In this document: one piece after another, positions 1 through 12,427 of the stretch
Position numbering within the stretch: position 1 is the stretch's first letter
Layout of the letters: each line of letters opens with the position of its first letter
From: Octopus vulgaris
Lineage: Eukaryota
Length of the DNA: 64,000 nt
NCBI GenBank assembly: GCA_951406725.2
Contig: OX597825.1
Span: 12,028,001-12,092,000 of the forward strand
Direction of reading: 5' to 3'
Translations under genes and position numbers: made by a program
The notes under the pieces: generated by a model
What the model was told of the DNA's origin: nothing
Database searches by the model: none
Seen by the model: only the letters and a program-made list of their open reading frames with translations

Positions 1-1060
1 AAAATGATTTCTTGATCATTTTAGAATATACTGTAAACACAAATGGGGGAAAAAAAAAATGAACGAAATTGGAGAACAGCAGCAACGTAGAGCAGCCATT
101 TCGTGATAACGTGACATGCAACGACTTTGTTAACGTACCCCTTTCACTTTTGTAATCAGTCTTAGATTGTGCTTGCACTAAACACAACCAGCTACTTTTG
201 ACTGTGACAAGTCATAAAAATGATTTTAAAGCTCAGGGCATATTTTTTTCATTCTTTTTTTTATATTTTATTTTCTTATTTTATTTCATCCCGTCGATTT
301 CGTCGAATAACTTAACTCCATTCAGTACCTTTTATTCACACAGCTCAGGTGGATGTTGTGTTGCGGCAGTGTTCGGAGCAGCAACATGAAATTTTATGTT
401 ATTGTGTATTCATAGATTGATGCAGTGTTCCTCATCCAATTAGAGAACTTCTCTTTAATTGCCTCGAGCCGTACTATTGTGAGGATTTTGATCTTTTATT
501 CGGATTTACCCAAAATACTTTTTCAATGGCCTTTTTTATAGCTAGCTTCTTGTTTCTTCAATTCTCCAACATAACAATTTAGTTACGTGCACAAATGTAG
601 GTTGTACTTATAGCTATACGAGAACAGACGGATATAATAAACCGCACAAACTGTCACAGGTATAAGCTACAAGTTCAAACCACACACACTTTTATCTATT
701 TGCCTTTCTCTCTCTTTACTGAAGCTGATCTCTTTCTATATCCATCTAACTCTGATAATTTATATCTGTACGGTTTATCTGGAAATTTCTATATGTGTAC
801 AGCAAGTCATTTATATAAGGCAATTGTAGATTTTGTGTAACTATACATAGTCATGTATGCATTAATCAAGTACATTTCAAGAAGCTATGTATATTTCCTC
901 GAACCATGGTTCATAAAATTGCCAACCGTGCATCCTACACAAAACACATGTACATATACCTGCACACATACAAGCGCACGCATACAAATTCACACACACA
1001 GATATAAGCGTACGTGTAGATGGTCCGTATGATATCAAAAGAACATATTCTTTTCTACTG

Positions 1061-1447
1061 AAGGTACAAGCCCCAACATTTTTGGAAAGGGGACCAGTCA
1101 ATTTGATCGACCCCAGTACGCAACTAGTATTTAATTTATCGACCCAGAAAGGATGAAAAGCAAAGTCGACCTCGGCGGAATTTGAACTCCGAACATAACG
1201 GCAGAGGAAATAGCTATTTCTTTACTACCCATAAGGGGCTAAACAGAGAGAAGACAGACAAGAACAGACAAACGGATTAAGTCGATTATATCGACCCTAT
1301 TGCTTAACTGATACTTAATTTATCGACCCCAAAAGGATGAAAGGCAAAGTCGACCTCGCCGGAATTTGAACTCAGAACGTAGCGGCAGACGAAATATGGC
1401 TAAGCATTTCGTCCGGCGTGCTAACGATTCTGCCAGCTCGCCGCCTT
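1061..1447 (-). mobile_element. SINE family A (tRNA-headed), tandem dimer
   Basis: Minus strand reads GGCGGCGAGCTGGCAGAATCGTTAGCACG (A-box-like), GAGTTCAAATTCC (B-box-like), then GTCGACTTTGCCTTTCATCCTTTTGGGGTCGATAAATTAAG. The body repeats after a junction at 1207-1220. More than 10 related copies occur in the window. The central block resembles the Meta/MESC-type SINE domain from memory (unverified). Confidence 0.9.
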
Positions 1448-1747
1448 TCAAACGAAGATTTTAACGTTAAGAAGGTGGTTGTGTTAAATCTTCCGACAAA
1501 TTGAAAGTTGAGCATCAGAAACTTGTGATTTTAGGCTTGCTTGTGCAAAATCCATTATACTGAGCAGACCTATGGTAAAAGACTTTCCAGACATAATTAT
1601 CCCATCATTCTCCTGTTGTTATTCTATTTTCGGTTTTTGTTCATCCTTCGATTAATATCGATCTATGATAGTTTTGATACCTATGTTCATGGAACGGTCA
1701 TCCTCTTTTGCTTCTTTTCTTGTACAAATAAATGTTATACGAAGAAC

Positions 1748-1945
1748 AGGCAAAATTTCTAGCACATCGGAAAGAAATTCTTAGTGGTATTTCTCCCGGC
1801 TTTTTACGTTCTGAGTTCAAATCCTGGCGAAGGTGAATTCTATCTCTTCGCTATAGATAAAAAAAAAAAAATAATAAAGTACTAGTCAAATACGGGCGCC
1901 AATGTAATCAACTTATTCGTCCCCTAAAAAATCACTGGCTTTGAA
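1748..1945 (+). mobile_element. Degenerate SINE family A copy
   Basis: TACGTTCTGAGTTCAAATCC B-box region plus decayed AAGTACTAGTCAAATAC...ATGTAATCAACTTA body; boundaries approximate. Confidence 0.65.
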
Positions 1946-2548
1946 TCTTACACCAGAGCGGCGTCCTATTCTATAGCACGTCGTCATCTCGGTAATTTGT
2001 ACGCTTGAGAAACCACGTGACATATCTCAAGGGCGAAAGATAACTTACGTAATAATAATTCATATAATCTTTCATTTGCTTCAAAAGGATATAATGAATT
2101 TAATGAAATTTTGGCTGCGATAACGTTTCTGTAGAAATACTTCATTTAATTGGATGGCTTTTCATATTCACTTCAGAAGATTGTCATATCGTAAAAATCT
2201 TTTGTTTAATATTACTGTTTTTTGTAGCTCGTATTTGTCACGAAATGTTATATGAGTTAATCTTGTAGAATGAAATTATTCTTCTAGTTTATGAATAAAT
2301 AAATATATAGTCGTTTTTTTTTTATTTCTTTAGTGCTCTTGTAGGTGTGGGTACCTACCATGAAAGCGCTGGATGTCTGGCGCTTTTACACCAACGCACG
2401 AATGCACGCGCGCACACACTGACGCAGATACAGAATTTTACTGGATTCAGTCGCTGCAGATCGGACATGATAAGATTTATATGCGTGGGAGTTTGTGTTT
2501 GTACATTCGTATGTGTATCTCTGACAATCTTTTTCTCTGTGGGAGTGC

Positions 2549-2550
<2 letters not shown>

Positions 2551-2611
<61 letters not shown>

Positions 2612-2695
2612 TTATTTATTTATACACATATGTATACATATCCATATATAAATATATGTGTGTATGTGTATACATATATATACATATATGTATAT

Positions 2696-2778
<83 letters not shown>

Positions 2779-2880
2779 TGTATGTATCTATGTAATCTGT
2801 TTGTGCACATATGAGTATTTCTGAACTTATATAATAACAATAATACTTCCTGTATATATGTATATATATATATATATATT
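2551..2880. repeat. (TA)n-rich compound microsatellite
   Basis: Long pure TA runs (e.g. about 2703-2775); source of the YIYIYI ORFs. Confidence 0.97.
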
Positions 2881-4253
2881 GCAACAGTGTGTACATAAAT
2901 TGATTTCTATGTTAGGGAAATATATTATATTATTACTATATTTGCTGAGCACGTTAAGTTTGTCAGTCGATGTCCGAGCAAGTCGATAGACTTCTGCTTA
3001 GAAAGTAATATAAGCAAAATGATGATATTAACAACTGTCATTTGCGCAATAAAAATGTCCAAATTGCATTGCCAAATATCTGCCAAACACTGCCTACTTC
3101 AATTTGGTTACTTAACGTCGCATAATAAATGTTCATGATGTATTATTAGGCAGAATCTATTTCCTTAGTCTAACATTATTTTGTATTATTTCATAGATAT
3201 TTCAAGAACTGATTCCATAGTGATGCCTTTCAGATAATCCTGTATTTAATATTGTATATCGAATCAGCTAATGCTTTAGATGAATGCTTTCCTGAAATTC
3301 CATTGATTAGAAACCGTTTGATCTTTGTTATCTCTGTGTTTATTATACGATAAGTGATAAACAAACTTTTTGATTGGTGCGATTGTCGCATTTTCTAAAT
3401 GATAATTTCGCTATTATCTATATTGCATAACAGAACGAGCGTTTTACATTCTCTAGAGTTACAATTACGTTTATTACAAGTAATGTCAGTTGAATGTAGG
3501 ATACTTGAAAACGTTGGCGTCTAATGGTTTACACGCGTACCTGTTATTAGTATTACTTATGTTGCTTGAAATGTATACACAAGTTACGCTTTTAACTATA
3601 GTTAGTATATTTTTCTACACATGCAAATTTTTTTTTGCCATTAATAGAGATAATACGACCGTGTTTATCATTTGCGATATATACTAAAGTTGGTTCCACA
3701 AACTCTATATTTAGTTATAATATACTTTATTTGAATAAGTATTTCAAAAGTGGGATCAGTTTTATATATTCTGCTAAAGACGATAATGCGCGCTGTTATA
3801 TTTTATCCATTCAACTTACAGAGAGGACTATCAGAGAAAAAAAATGATATCATCAATATTATTGGCAGGACATACACAATAGCTTCGCATTCTCCTCTGA
3901 TATCGTAAGCAAATATTTCTTTTGCAAAACTAGCAAAAAGAGAAAACAAAGGATATGGATTAAAGCATAAGTATTAGCGGTAGAAATGCACGTTAATATA
4001 AGCCTCATATATATTTAAATAAATATAAATTACTCATTAAAATATGCTTCATATGATAATGAGCACGGAATATACCTCATCTGCATTATCAATTAATTCT
4101 AAAACATTCTCAACACTTTTAATTAATGAAATACACGATATGTTCTGAAATGGTTGATCAATATATTTGACATAGATTTACTGTAGCGTTTTGGCCAGTT
4201 CTCTAAACACATACAAGGACGAAATACGTCGCTGGGTCTCTTGAATAAACGAA

Positions 4254-4523
4254 ATAATAAAAAAATAAAGGCACCCCTTTCCAAGCCTAGCCAGGGTCAT
4301 GGGCCCGGTTTCCCGGTTTCAATGGCGTATGTGTTCCCCAGCTGGATGGGACGCCAGTCCATCGCAGCGTTACTCATTTTTGCCAGCTGAGTGGACTGGA
4401 GCAATGTGAAATGAAGTGTTTTGCTCAAGAACACAACGCGTCGGCCGGTCCAGGAATCGAAACACAAACACAATCTTACGATCATGATGCTATCATCCTA
4501 ACCACTAAGCCACGCGCCTCCAT
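4254..4523 (-). mobile_element. SINE family C (tRNA head plus V-domain-like core) with TSD
   Basis: Minus strand TGGAGGCGCGTGGCTTAGTGGTTAGG head, GTTTCGATTCC B-box, CTGCGATGGACTGGCGTCCCATCCAG...GAAACCGGGAAACCGGGCCC core resembling the V-SINE domain. Flanked by TTGAATAA(A/G)CGAA at 4241-4253 and 4524-4536. Near-identical copy at 38439-38694. Confidence 0.9.
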
Positions 4524-4599
4524 TTGAATAAGCGAACTTAATCTATATTTGTAGATGATCGGAGAAAATTCCCCCCAATGTGGTAAATATGCTTTGTTA

Positions 4600-4803
4600 C
4601 CTTTTAAAGTCTAGCCAGGCTCATGGACCCGGTTTGCCGGTTTCTGTGGCGCATGTGCCCTCACCCAGCTGGACGGGCCGCCAGTCCATCGCAGCATTAC
4701 TCAAGAAACAAGAAGAAAGAGTGAGAGAAAGTTGGGGCGAAAGGGTACAACAGGGATGGCCACTAACCTCTGCCAGAGCCCCATGGAGCTTTAGGTGCTT
4801 TCG
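4600..4803 (-). mobile_element. 5'-truncated hybrid SINE (family D body plus family C V-like tail)
   Basis: AGAGTGAGAGAAAGTTG and GGAGCTTTAGGTG blocks match family D; CCAGTCCATCGCAG and CTAGCCAGGCTCATGG blocks match family C. Confidence 0.75.
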
Positions 4804-4808
4804 ATGCC

Positions 4809-5062
<254 letters not shown>

Positions 5063-6264
5063 TTTGTATGCGTGTTTGACTGTTTATATAACAATCCTTC
5101 TGTCTGTCTATATGCACACACACATACACATAGACATACGCACACGCATAAACACGCATACATTTATATATATAGGCAAACGATTACGTACGTCCACTCA
5201 CACTCACATCTTTTATGGAAGATACACACACACACACACACAAATATAAACGCAGACAAACACATACACAATCATGTATCGGTGGTTGTAGATGGTGTTG
5301 ATGATGTTCATAAGTCTCTACCCGTCGTTGAATTACGGACAGCGCTCATTCGCTGGCGGTCTGCGCTGTTTCCGTCTTGCAGCTGACCCCTCATAAGACA
5401 CGGGTCCATCCATTATGGCAGAAAGCAGATGTTCAGGATTCTACGGTAGCTGAGCCCAGGAGGCCAGAATTACGAAGGTGAAGATTATACGACCCCGGTG
5501 AACAAACATATATATACATACACAGGCATACATACACATACACAAATACATATACATTTACACATATACAATATACATTTTATACTATGCACACACACAC
5601 ACACACACAGACACATACCCGCACACACACACATATATGTATTTGTGTGTGCATATACATACAGATATATATGTATAGACAGGAAGTACGCTAAGAACTA
5701 GCCAAGATTCACGCATGTCGTTATATACAGCAACGCATACAAACAGTCTATCACTAAAACGTAAAGCAGATATATCTATAGGAAACAGCAGCACCGTGGA
5801 TCAATGTTTCCAATGAGAAAGAATGGTGGATTGACCGTCTCTGTGTGTCGGTGTGTCTATGCCATCAAAAGACACTCGAAAAAAAAGTCAATAAGCACTT
5901 TAGACAGACACGCTCCTTGGCGCCTTCTTCTGCATTCGTAAGTACCTAAGCGGCTTTTCATTCTCTCTTTCAATGAGGAACACTGAGATATCCGGTGCCC
6001 AGTTAAACTCTAACGACAATAATATTATTGATTCCTTTCACTGTGTGCTTTCAAAAGCCACAGAAATCTGTTTATGGCGAAGGTTACAGCGGGTCAATTC
6101 CTCGCTAAGCACTTGATTCTTCGTATAATATCTCATGTTAGTCTTCCTGGAATTGCGTGTTCTTCAATATGATTATATATCGTGAGATTTCACAAACAAT
6201 GTGTTTACTGTGTGATTTTCTCATATTCCAGCTGATAATGCCATAATTTTCTGCTAACAAATCC

Positions 6265-6321
6265 ATATATATGTGTATATATATATATATATTAGTATAT
6301 ATATATATATATATATATATA

Positions 6322-6373
<52 letters not shown>

Positions 6374-6693
6374 TGTGTGTGCATGCGTGTGTGTGCGAAT
6401 GCTTGTGCGTTGGATTTGTATCTGAACGTGTAGGGTGTGTGTACATATATATATATATGTTTGTGTGTGTGTGTATGTGTGTGTGTGTGCATATATATAT
6501 GTTTGTGTGTGTTTGTGTGTGTGTGTTTGTGTGTGCGTTTGTGTGTATGTGTGTGTGCGAATGCTTGTGCTTTGAATTTGTATCTGAACGTGTAATGTAC
6601 CGCATGTCTACGTATTTCTCTATCACTAAACATACACAGGTAGAATGGACGGAACAGACGCACATATACATGTAGACAGGCACGCACTCATTC

Positions 6694-6724
<31 letters not shown>

Positions 6725-6877
6725 GCCTCACACACACATATACACACGCATGCGCTTTAGTAGAAATACGTTGTTGGTGATTTCACTTCGCAGTCAACCA
6801 CTTCCTGATTCAATTCCACTTTACCTCACTCAAGAATCTTCAAGTATTGCAATTGCAATCATGTCTTTTAAGAACTG

Positions 6878-6939
<62 letters not shown>

Positions 6940-7448
6940 AAGATAGTGAGAGTGAGAAGGTGGATAGGTACAAGAACGCAATACTGCATTTCGCTTCAGG
7001 TTCAAATTCATCTTGAATACATGTAATTCCGAGCAAATAAGTTGAGCGTTTCATTTGTTCATTCACTCGTCTATATATACTTAGGCATACATACACACGC
7101 ATACATACAGAATCGCATGTATATATGCATGATATATATATATATATGCGTGTACACTCTCTCATACACACACACACACATATATATATTATTATATATG
7201 TGTGTGTGTGTCTATGTGTGTTCATTTACATAATTTACATAAATGCATATGTGTTTGTGTGTGTATGTATATATGTATATATATGTTTACGTGTATATAT
7301 TTATGTGTGCATGTATTTATGTATACGTTTAGCGTTCGGTTATTCGTATCTAAATGTGATTTTCAGCCCGAAATATACATGCGGATACTTAGAGAATTTA
7401 TGTGCTTCGAGAACTGAATCCCAAAATGAATCAATACATACGTATCCA

Positions 7449-7535
<87 letters not shown>

Positions 7536-7542
7536 GTATATG

Positions 7543-7589
<47 letters not shown>

Positions 7590-7608
7590 ATATATATATA
7601 TATATATA

Positions 7609-7644
<36 letters not shown>

Positions 7645-7652
7645 TATATATG

Positions 7653-7698
<46 letters not shown>

Positions 7699-7790
7699 CA
7701 TACATACATACATACATAGATACATATATGCGTACATACATAGATACACACGCCGGCACACACATACATACACACATATATTTATATAGA
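6265..7790. repeat. Cluster of (TA)n, (TG)n, (GA)n and (TACA)n microsatellites
   Basis: (TG)n about 6325-6372, (GA)n about 6879-6936, (TA)/(TACA)n about 7450-7720, interspersed with short unique sequence. Confidence 0.9.
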
Positions 7791-9257
7791 TGTCATTATC
7801 ACCATTCTGAACAACATCATCAACACTATCTGCAACCACTGATACATGATTGTGTATGTGTTTGTCTGCGTTTATGTTTCTGTGTTGTGTGTGTGTGCAT
7901 GTGTGTGTATCTTCCATAAAACCTTTTCAATCTTTTTGTATCTTCCAGGGCCCTTACTAATTGTGTGATGTTCAATCTTCTTATTTTCCTGTTATCATGC
8001 TTGTCGTTCATCTTAACTCGTTACATCCTCTTGGACTTTCTGCAGTGGTTTCCTCATATCTTCGCTAATTGCGTTCCTAAATATATATATACCATCTTAT
8101 TCGCTACCTTCTTTTATAAGGATCCTCCCGTTTGTAATTTGGCTTAGCACTTTGAAATTTTCTGACCATTTAAATTTCTTCTATTAACTGCAGGTTAACA
8201 ATCTTATTTTTTATGTATTACGTTTTTAATCAAGTAATATCCCGATCCTCACATTTGTGACTTTAGATATAAATGTGTGCATTAATTTATCTTATATTTG
8301 GTAATCTTATATTTAATGACTTATCTTACGAAATTCTGTTTAATGTGATAGCAGTTTATTGTGATATTGAGATTCTCCTTATCATTATGTCGTTTTTATC
8401 AAAAAATTTTCTTAATATTATTTCCAAGGCAACAAAACTCATACGGTATTTTGACGGTCTGATTATCAGGTATTATCGGATTATCTTGTTCATATATTCC
8501 AGTGATTACACTGATTAAATTTTATCAAATTTAATGAGTAAACCATATTTTTCTTTTTCATCACCCTGTCCGCATAAATTCGTTTACTACCAGCAATAAC
8601 AACTGTACAGTTATTCTTCCATCGATTTCAAATGTACAAACAAAACCAGATTGAACTTCACTCGTTGATCTTTATGAATATATCAGTCCAATCTCAACTC
8701 ACTCACTGATACACAAATTAGTCGTGACAATTAACCATTGATTGAGAATAAACTGATTTAAGCGACTCTCCATGCTACGTCTCGCCTCTTGTCTCGTTCA
8801 GTCCAAACACGAGACAAGGATACGCGTGGCATCGAGAGTCGCTGAAGACGTTAGAGGATGTGCAAGAAAAGATTTCAGACAAAGGTCATTAAAACTGATT
8901 AAAATATTTCTATAGAAATGTAACTTAAACTTTATTCTCGACAATACTGGCAATACTGACCATAATTGAGCATGAATAAGCCAAAAGCAATTTGATACCC
9001 ACCCCCAAAAAATTTTTAATTCGTCCTCGTGTTCTTTAAACTTCCAACTAAATGTATTTATGTTAAAAATAATAACCCATATTCTCATTCCACCCGTAAA
9101 ACGGATTACTTCGTCAAGTTCGATTTCATTTTTATTTTAAACTATCTCAGCAATTACATTTTGGTAATAAAATGAGAATTAAAGTAGTCTAGTTATCGAT
9201 GATAAATTTGGAGGCTATAATTTGTTTAGAGCACATACATTGTTGTAATATTCTTTC

Positions 9258-9570
9258 AAATTTTAGGACAATGCCAGCAATCTTAGGGTGGGTGGTGGGC
9301 GGTTACATCGACCTCAGAATAGATGAGAGGCAAAGTAGACGTCAGCAGAATTTAAACTCAGAACGTCAAGGGTCAGAAAAAATACCACGAAGCATGGGGA
9401 TATGGGTTATTATTTTTAACATAAATATATTTAGTTGGACTTTTAAAGAACACGAGGACGAATAAAAAAAAATTTGGGGTGGGTATCAAATTGCTTTTGG
9501 CTTATTCATGCTCAATTATGGTCAGTATTGCCAGCCTTGTGGTAGCGATGCTGCCACTTCGCCGCCTTAA
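9258..9570 (-). mobile_element. Old SINE family A copy interrupted by an inverted local duplication
   Basis: GGCAAAGTAGAC...AATTTAAACTCAGAACG...AATACCACGAAGCAT, then a 141-bp insert, then ...CTGCCACTTCGCCGCCTTAA, colinear with the family A head. Confidence 0.75.
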
Positions 9571-10234
9571 ATATTTCTATAATATAAACACGCGTACGCA
9601 CACGCACGCATACACACACATACACGCAAACACTCACACACAAACGCATGAGCAAACACTCAGACACAAACGCATGAGCATATAAGGATACGCATCATAT
9701 AAGAACAGAATGAACTAAGCGGAGCCAGAGCACACACGAGGACAGAAAGTGTTGCTGAAGTGGTCGGTGAAGTGTGACGAAGATTTCCGGACAATGGACA
9801 TGAGTTAAATTAAGAACAGTTATAAACGAGTGAAGAACGAATATGTTTATTTGGCAAGAAGGAAAAGGAACAAAAATGACCAACCCCAAATATAACAATG
9901 ATTGATGCTTTTTCGCCATATTTTCTAAACTTTTGCAGCTATGAAATATATTCCTTAATATCGAAATATTTCTTGGGATTTATAGCTTTGTGTTTTTAAA
10001 CATCAGACTTTAATAGTAGAATTTGACGTCCACTAATTTAATTTTGATTTTAATAATGATGATTAATATCTGTTTCATTACCATTAACAGATTTCTTTAA
10101 GCCGTACTTATAAAATTCCCATTTCCATTATATATTTCATTCGGCAATATTATTTCCTTGTGTGAAATTTCTTGGTATTAGTAATTCAATGAAAAATAAA
10201 TGTGAGAATTTTCTTATATTGTAACATATTATAG

Positions 10235-11055
10235 TGGTGCAGTTGATGCTGCGGCCATGCTGATGCACCGCTGTTTTGCTACACTGTTATTACTGAGAAC
10301 CTCCTCTAATATGTGGCATTTGGTGAAGAATGGAGTTTGATGTTGCTATCCTCATTTGTACCTCTTGCCGTGAGATAGGTTCATCTGGGACTCTCGACAG
10401 GAAGAAGTCCAGCTTTGGGAGTATATTAAAAAGCTGTCGGCCTCTGAAACCGAGGATGTTGCAGTAACTGGTCCTGAAGCACGATGGCGGTGCTGGGATC
10501 TTAAATGCCGTCCCGTTCTGGCATTGGTGTAGCTTTCAATGTCAAAAATTGGCACTTCCTTCCAGGATCTTCCAGATGTATATTACTGCACACCTCTCCC
10601 GCCTTCTCTTCAGGGAGTACAGTCTTAGCTGTTTCAGCCTTTCCCAGTAGCTGAGCTGTTGCAAAGAGACGATCTTCTTTGTGAATCTTCTCTGGATTGC
10701 TTCAAGGTCCGCTGTAAACTTCCACACTGGTGGATGACCATAACTGTGAGTAGTAATCCAGGCGGCTGAGGACGAATGGCCTCCAGAGGACAATCATGGT
10801 GTCCTTATCCCTAGTTCTGAAAGTTTTCAGGATCTATCCAGGCAGTGGTCTGCACTTTGTCGCCATCCTCTTGGAAAGAGGTATCATTACTCATGTCGAT
10901 ACCCAGGTCCCTTACTGATTTAAGCTCTGGGATCGAAATTCCCTGTGGACCAGTGTACCCTGTAAGTTTCATATGTAGTTTTGGACGCTGGTAGCGCAGA
11001 GCTCGGAATTTTTCAGCATTAAACTGCATATTATTATCCCGAGTCCAAGACAAAA
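10235..11055 (-). mobile_element. Decayed 5'-truncated LINE 3' end (CR1-group RT C-terminus plus 3' UTR)
   Basis: Frameshifted peptides WTRDNNMQFNAEKFRAL, KSVRDLGIDMSND and LEAIQRRFTKKI..LSYWERLKQLRLYSLKRRRER..IYIWKILEG are typical of the CR1/L2-group RT end and downstream region; the exact clade cannot be set by eye. Confidence 0.9.
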
Positions 11056-11241
11056 CAATTAGGAAACTATTCCTATAATATTTTCCATTACGTTCCCTCG
11101 TATGCTACTATATTCATTGTGCCTCCATTTCGGCCTGGAGAAACGTCCAGAAACATTAACGTACGCAGAAGCCATATAAATATAAATATGTGTGGATACA
11201 CACTCCCACCCACACAAGTTTTCACAGGCATACACGCCCCT

Positions 11242-11273
11242 CACACACACACACACACGCACACACACGCACA

Positions 11274-11370
<97 letters not shown>

Positions 11371-11616
11371 TTATATAAGTGTGTATATGTGGGGGTTTGT
11401 TCAAAATAATCATAAAGATATTTCAATATAGAAATGCTATTTACAGTCTTTCTAATTCGTAAACTACCTACTTTGGGCATTGGCTGAAATCCCGTGTGTA
11501 TACTTTTCTGTTTGGTTTACCCAAATCGCATGACAAATGAAATGAGAAGAAATTAGATCGATACAGCCTTGTACATCTATAAATTCATATTGATACATAA
11601 TACATACATACAATAC

Positions 11617-11660
<44 letters not shown>

Positions 11661-11737
11661 ATATATATATATATATATACATACATATATATAATATATA
11701 TGTATATATATCATATATATATATATATAAATATATG

Positions 11738-11779
<42 letters not shown>

Positions 11780-11794
11780 TACATATATACATAT

Positions 11795-11870
<76 letters not shown>
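11242..11870. repeat. (CA)n and (TA)n microsatellites
   Basis: (CA)n about 11242-11352; TA-rich tract about 11595-11866. Confidence 0.93.
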
Positions 11871-11871
<1 letters not shown>

Positions 11872-12334
11872 TGCAGATGCACACATACACAAGCGTATGA
11901 GAGTATAAAATCGATCGATGATCGATGCTCTATGCTATGGCGGTCATGCAAACTCAACATGATATATCAGTGATGAGATAGACGTAGCCATTGTTGCCAC
12001 AGAGCGGAAATTGAAACCGACTTGCATTTTCTTCTTTCTAATGATAAGAAGAAAAGAAATCTATATTTCACTTATAAAATAATCCGGGATAGTTCGGATC
12101 TTTAGGATCTTACTTTGATAGCGATCTTTACATTTCTATGGTTTTGGATAGGACTAATTGAAAAAGTGAGAAAGAAATGAATTCTTGCAGTCCTAGCAAA
12201 TGTCATTTAGAATTACTTGCGTTGGTCGGAAATAAATGTATAGTCTGTCATGTGAGGCATAAGAAATAAAACTGTTGATCAACTCAGAAATGCAATGATT
12301 ACATTAATTCAATCGGACATATGTACATACATAC

Positions 12335-12427
<93 letters not shown>

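Noticed and set aside
1-665. Unique repeat-free stretch that might be a promoter or 5' UTR exon (possible donors at 600/601 or 659/660)
   Set aside because: The donors are weak and there is no transcript evidence; it cannot be supported from sequence alone.
7925-8500. Possible old LINE peptide (LYLKSQM*GSG) on minus
   Set aside because: A single weak motif, and the neighbouring motif order is inconsistent.
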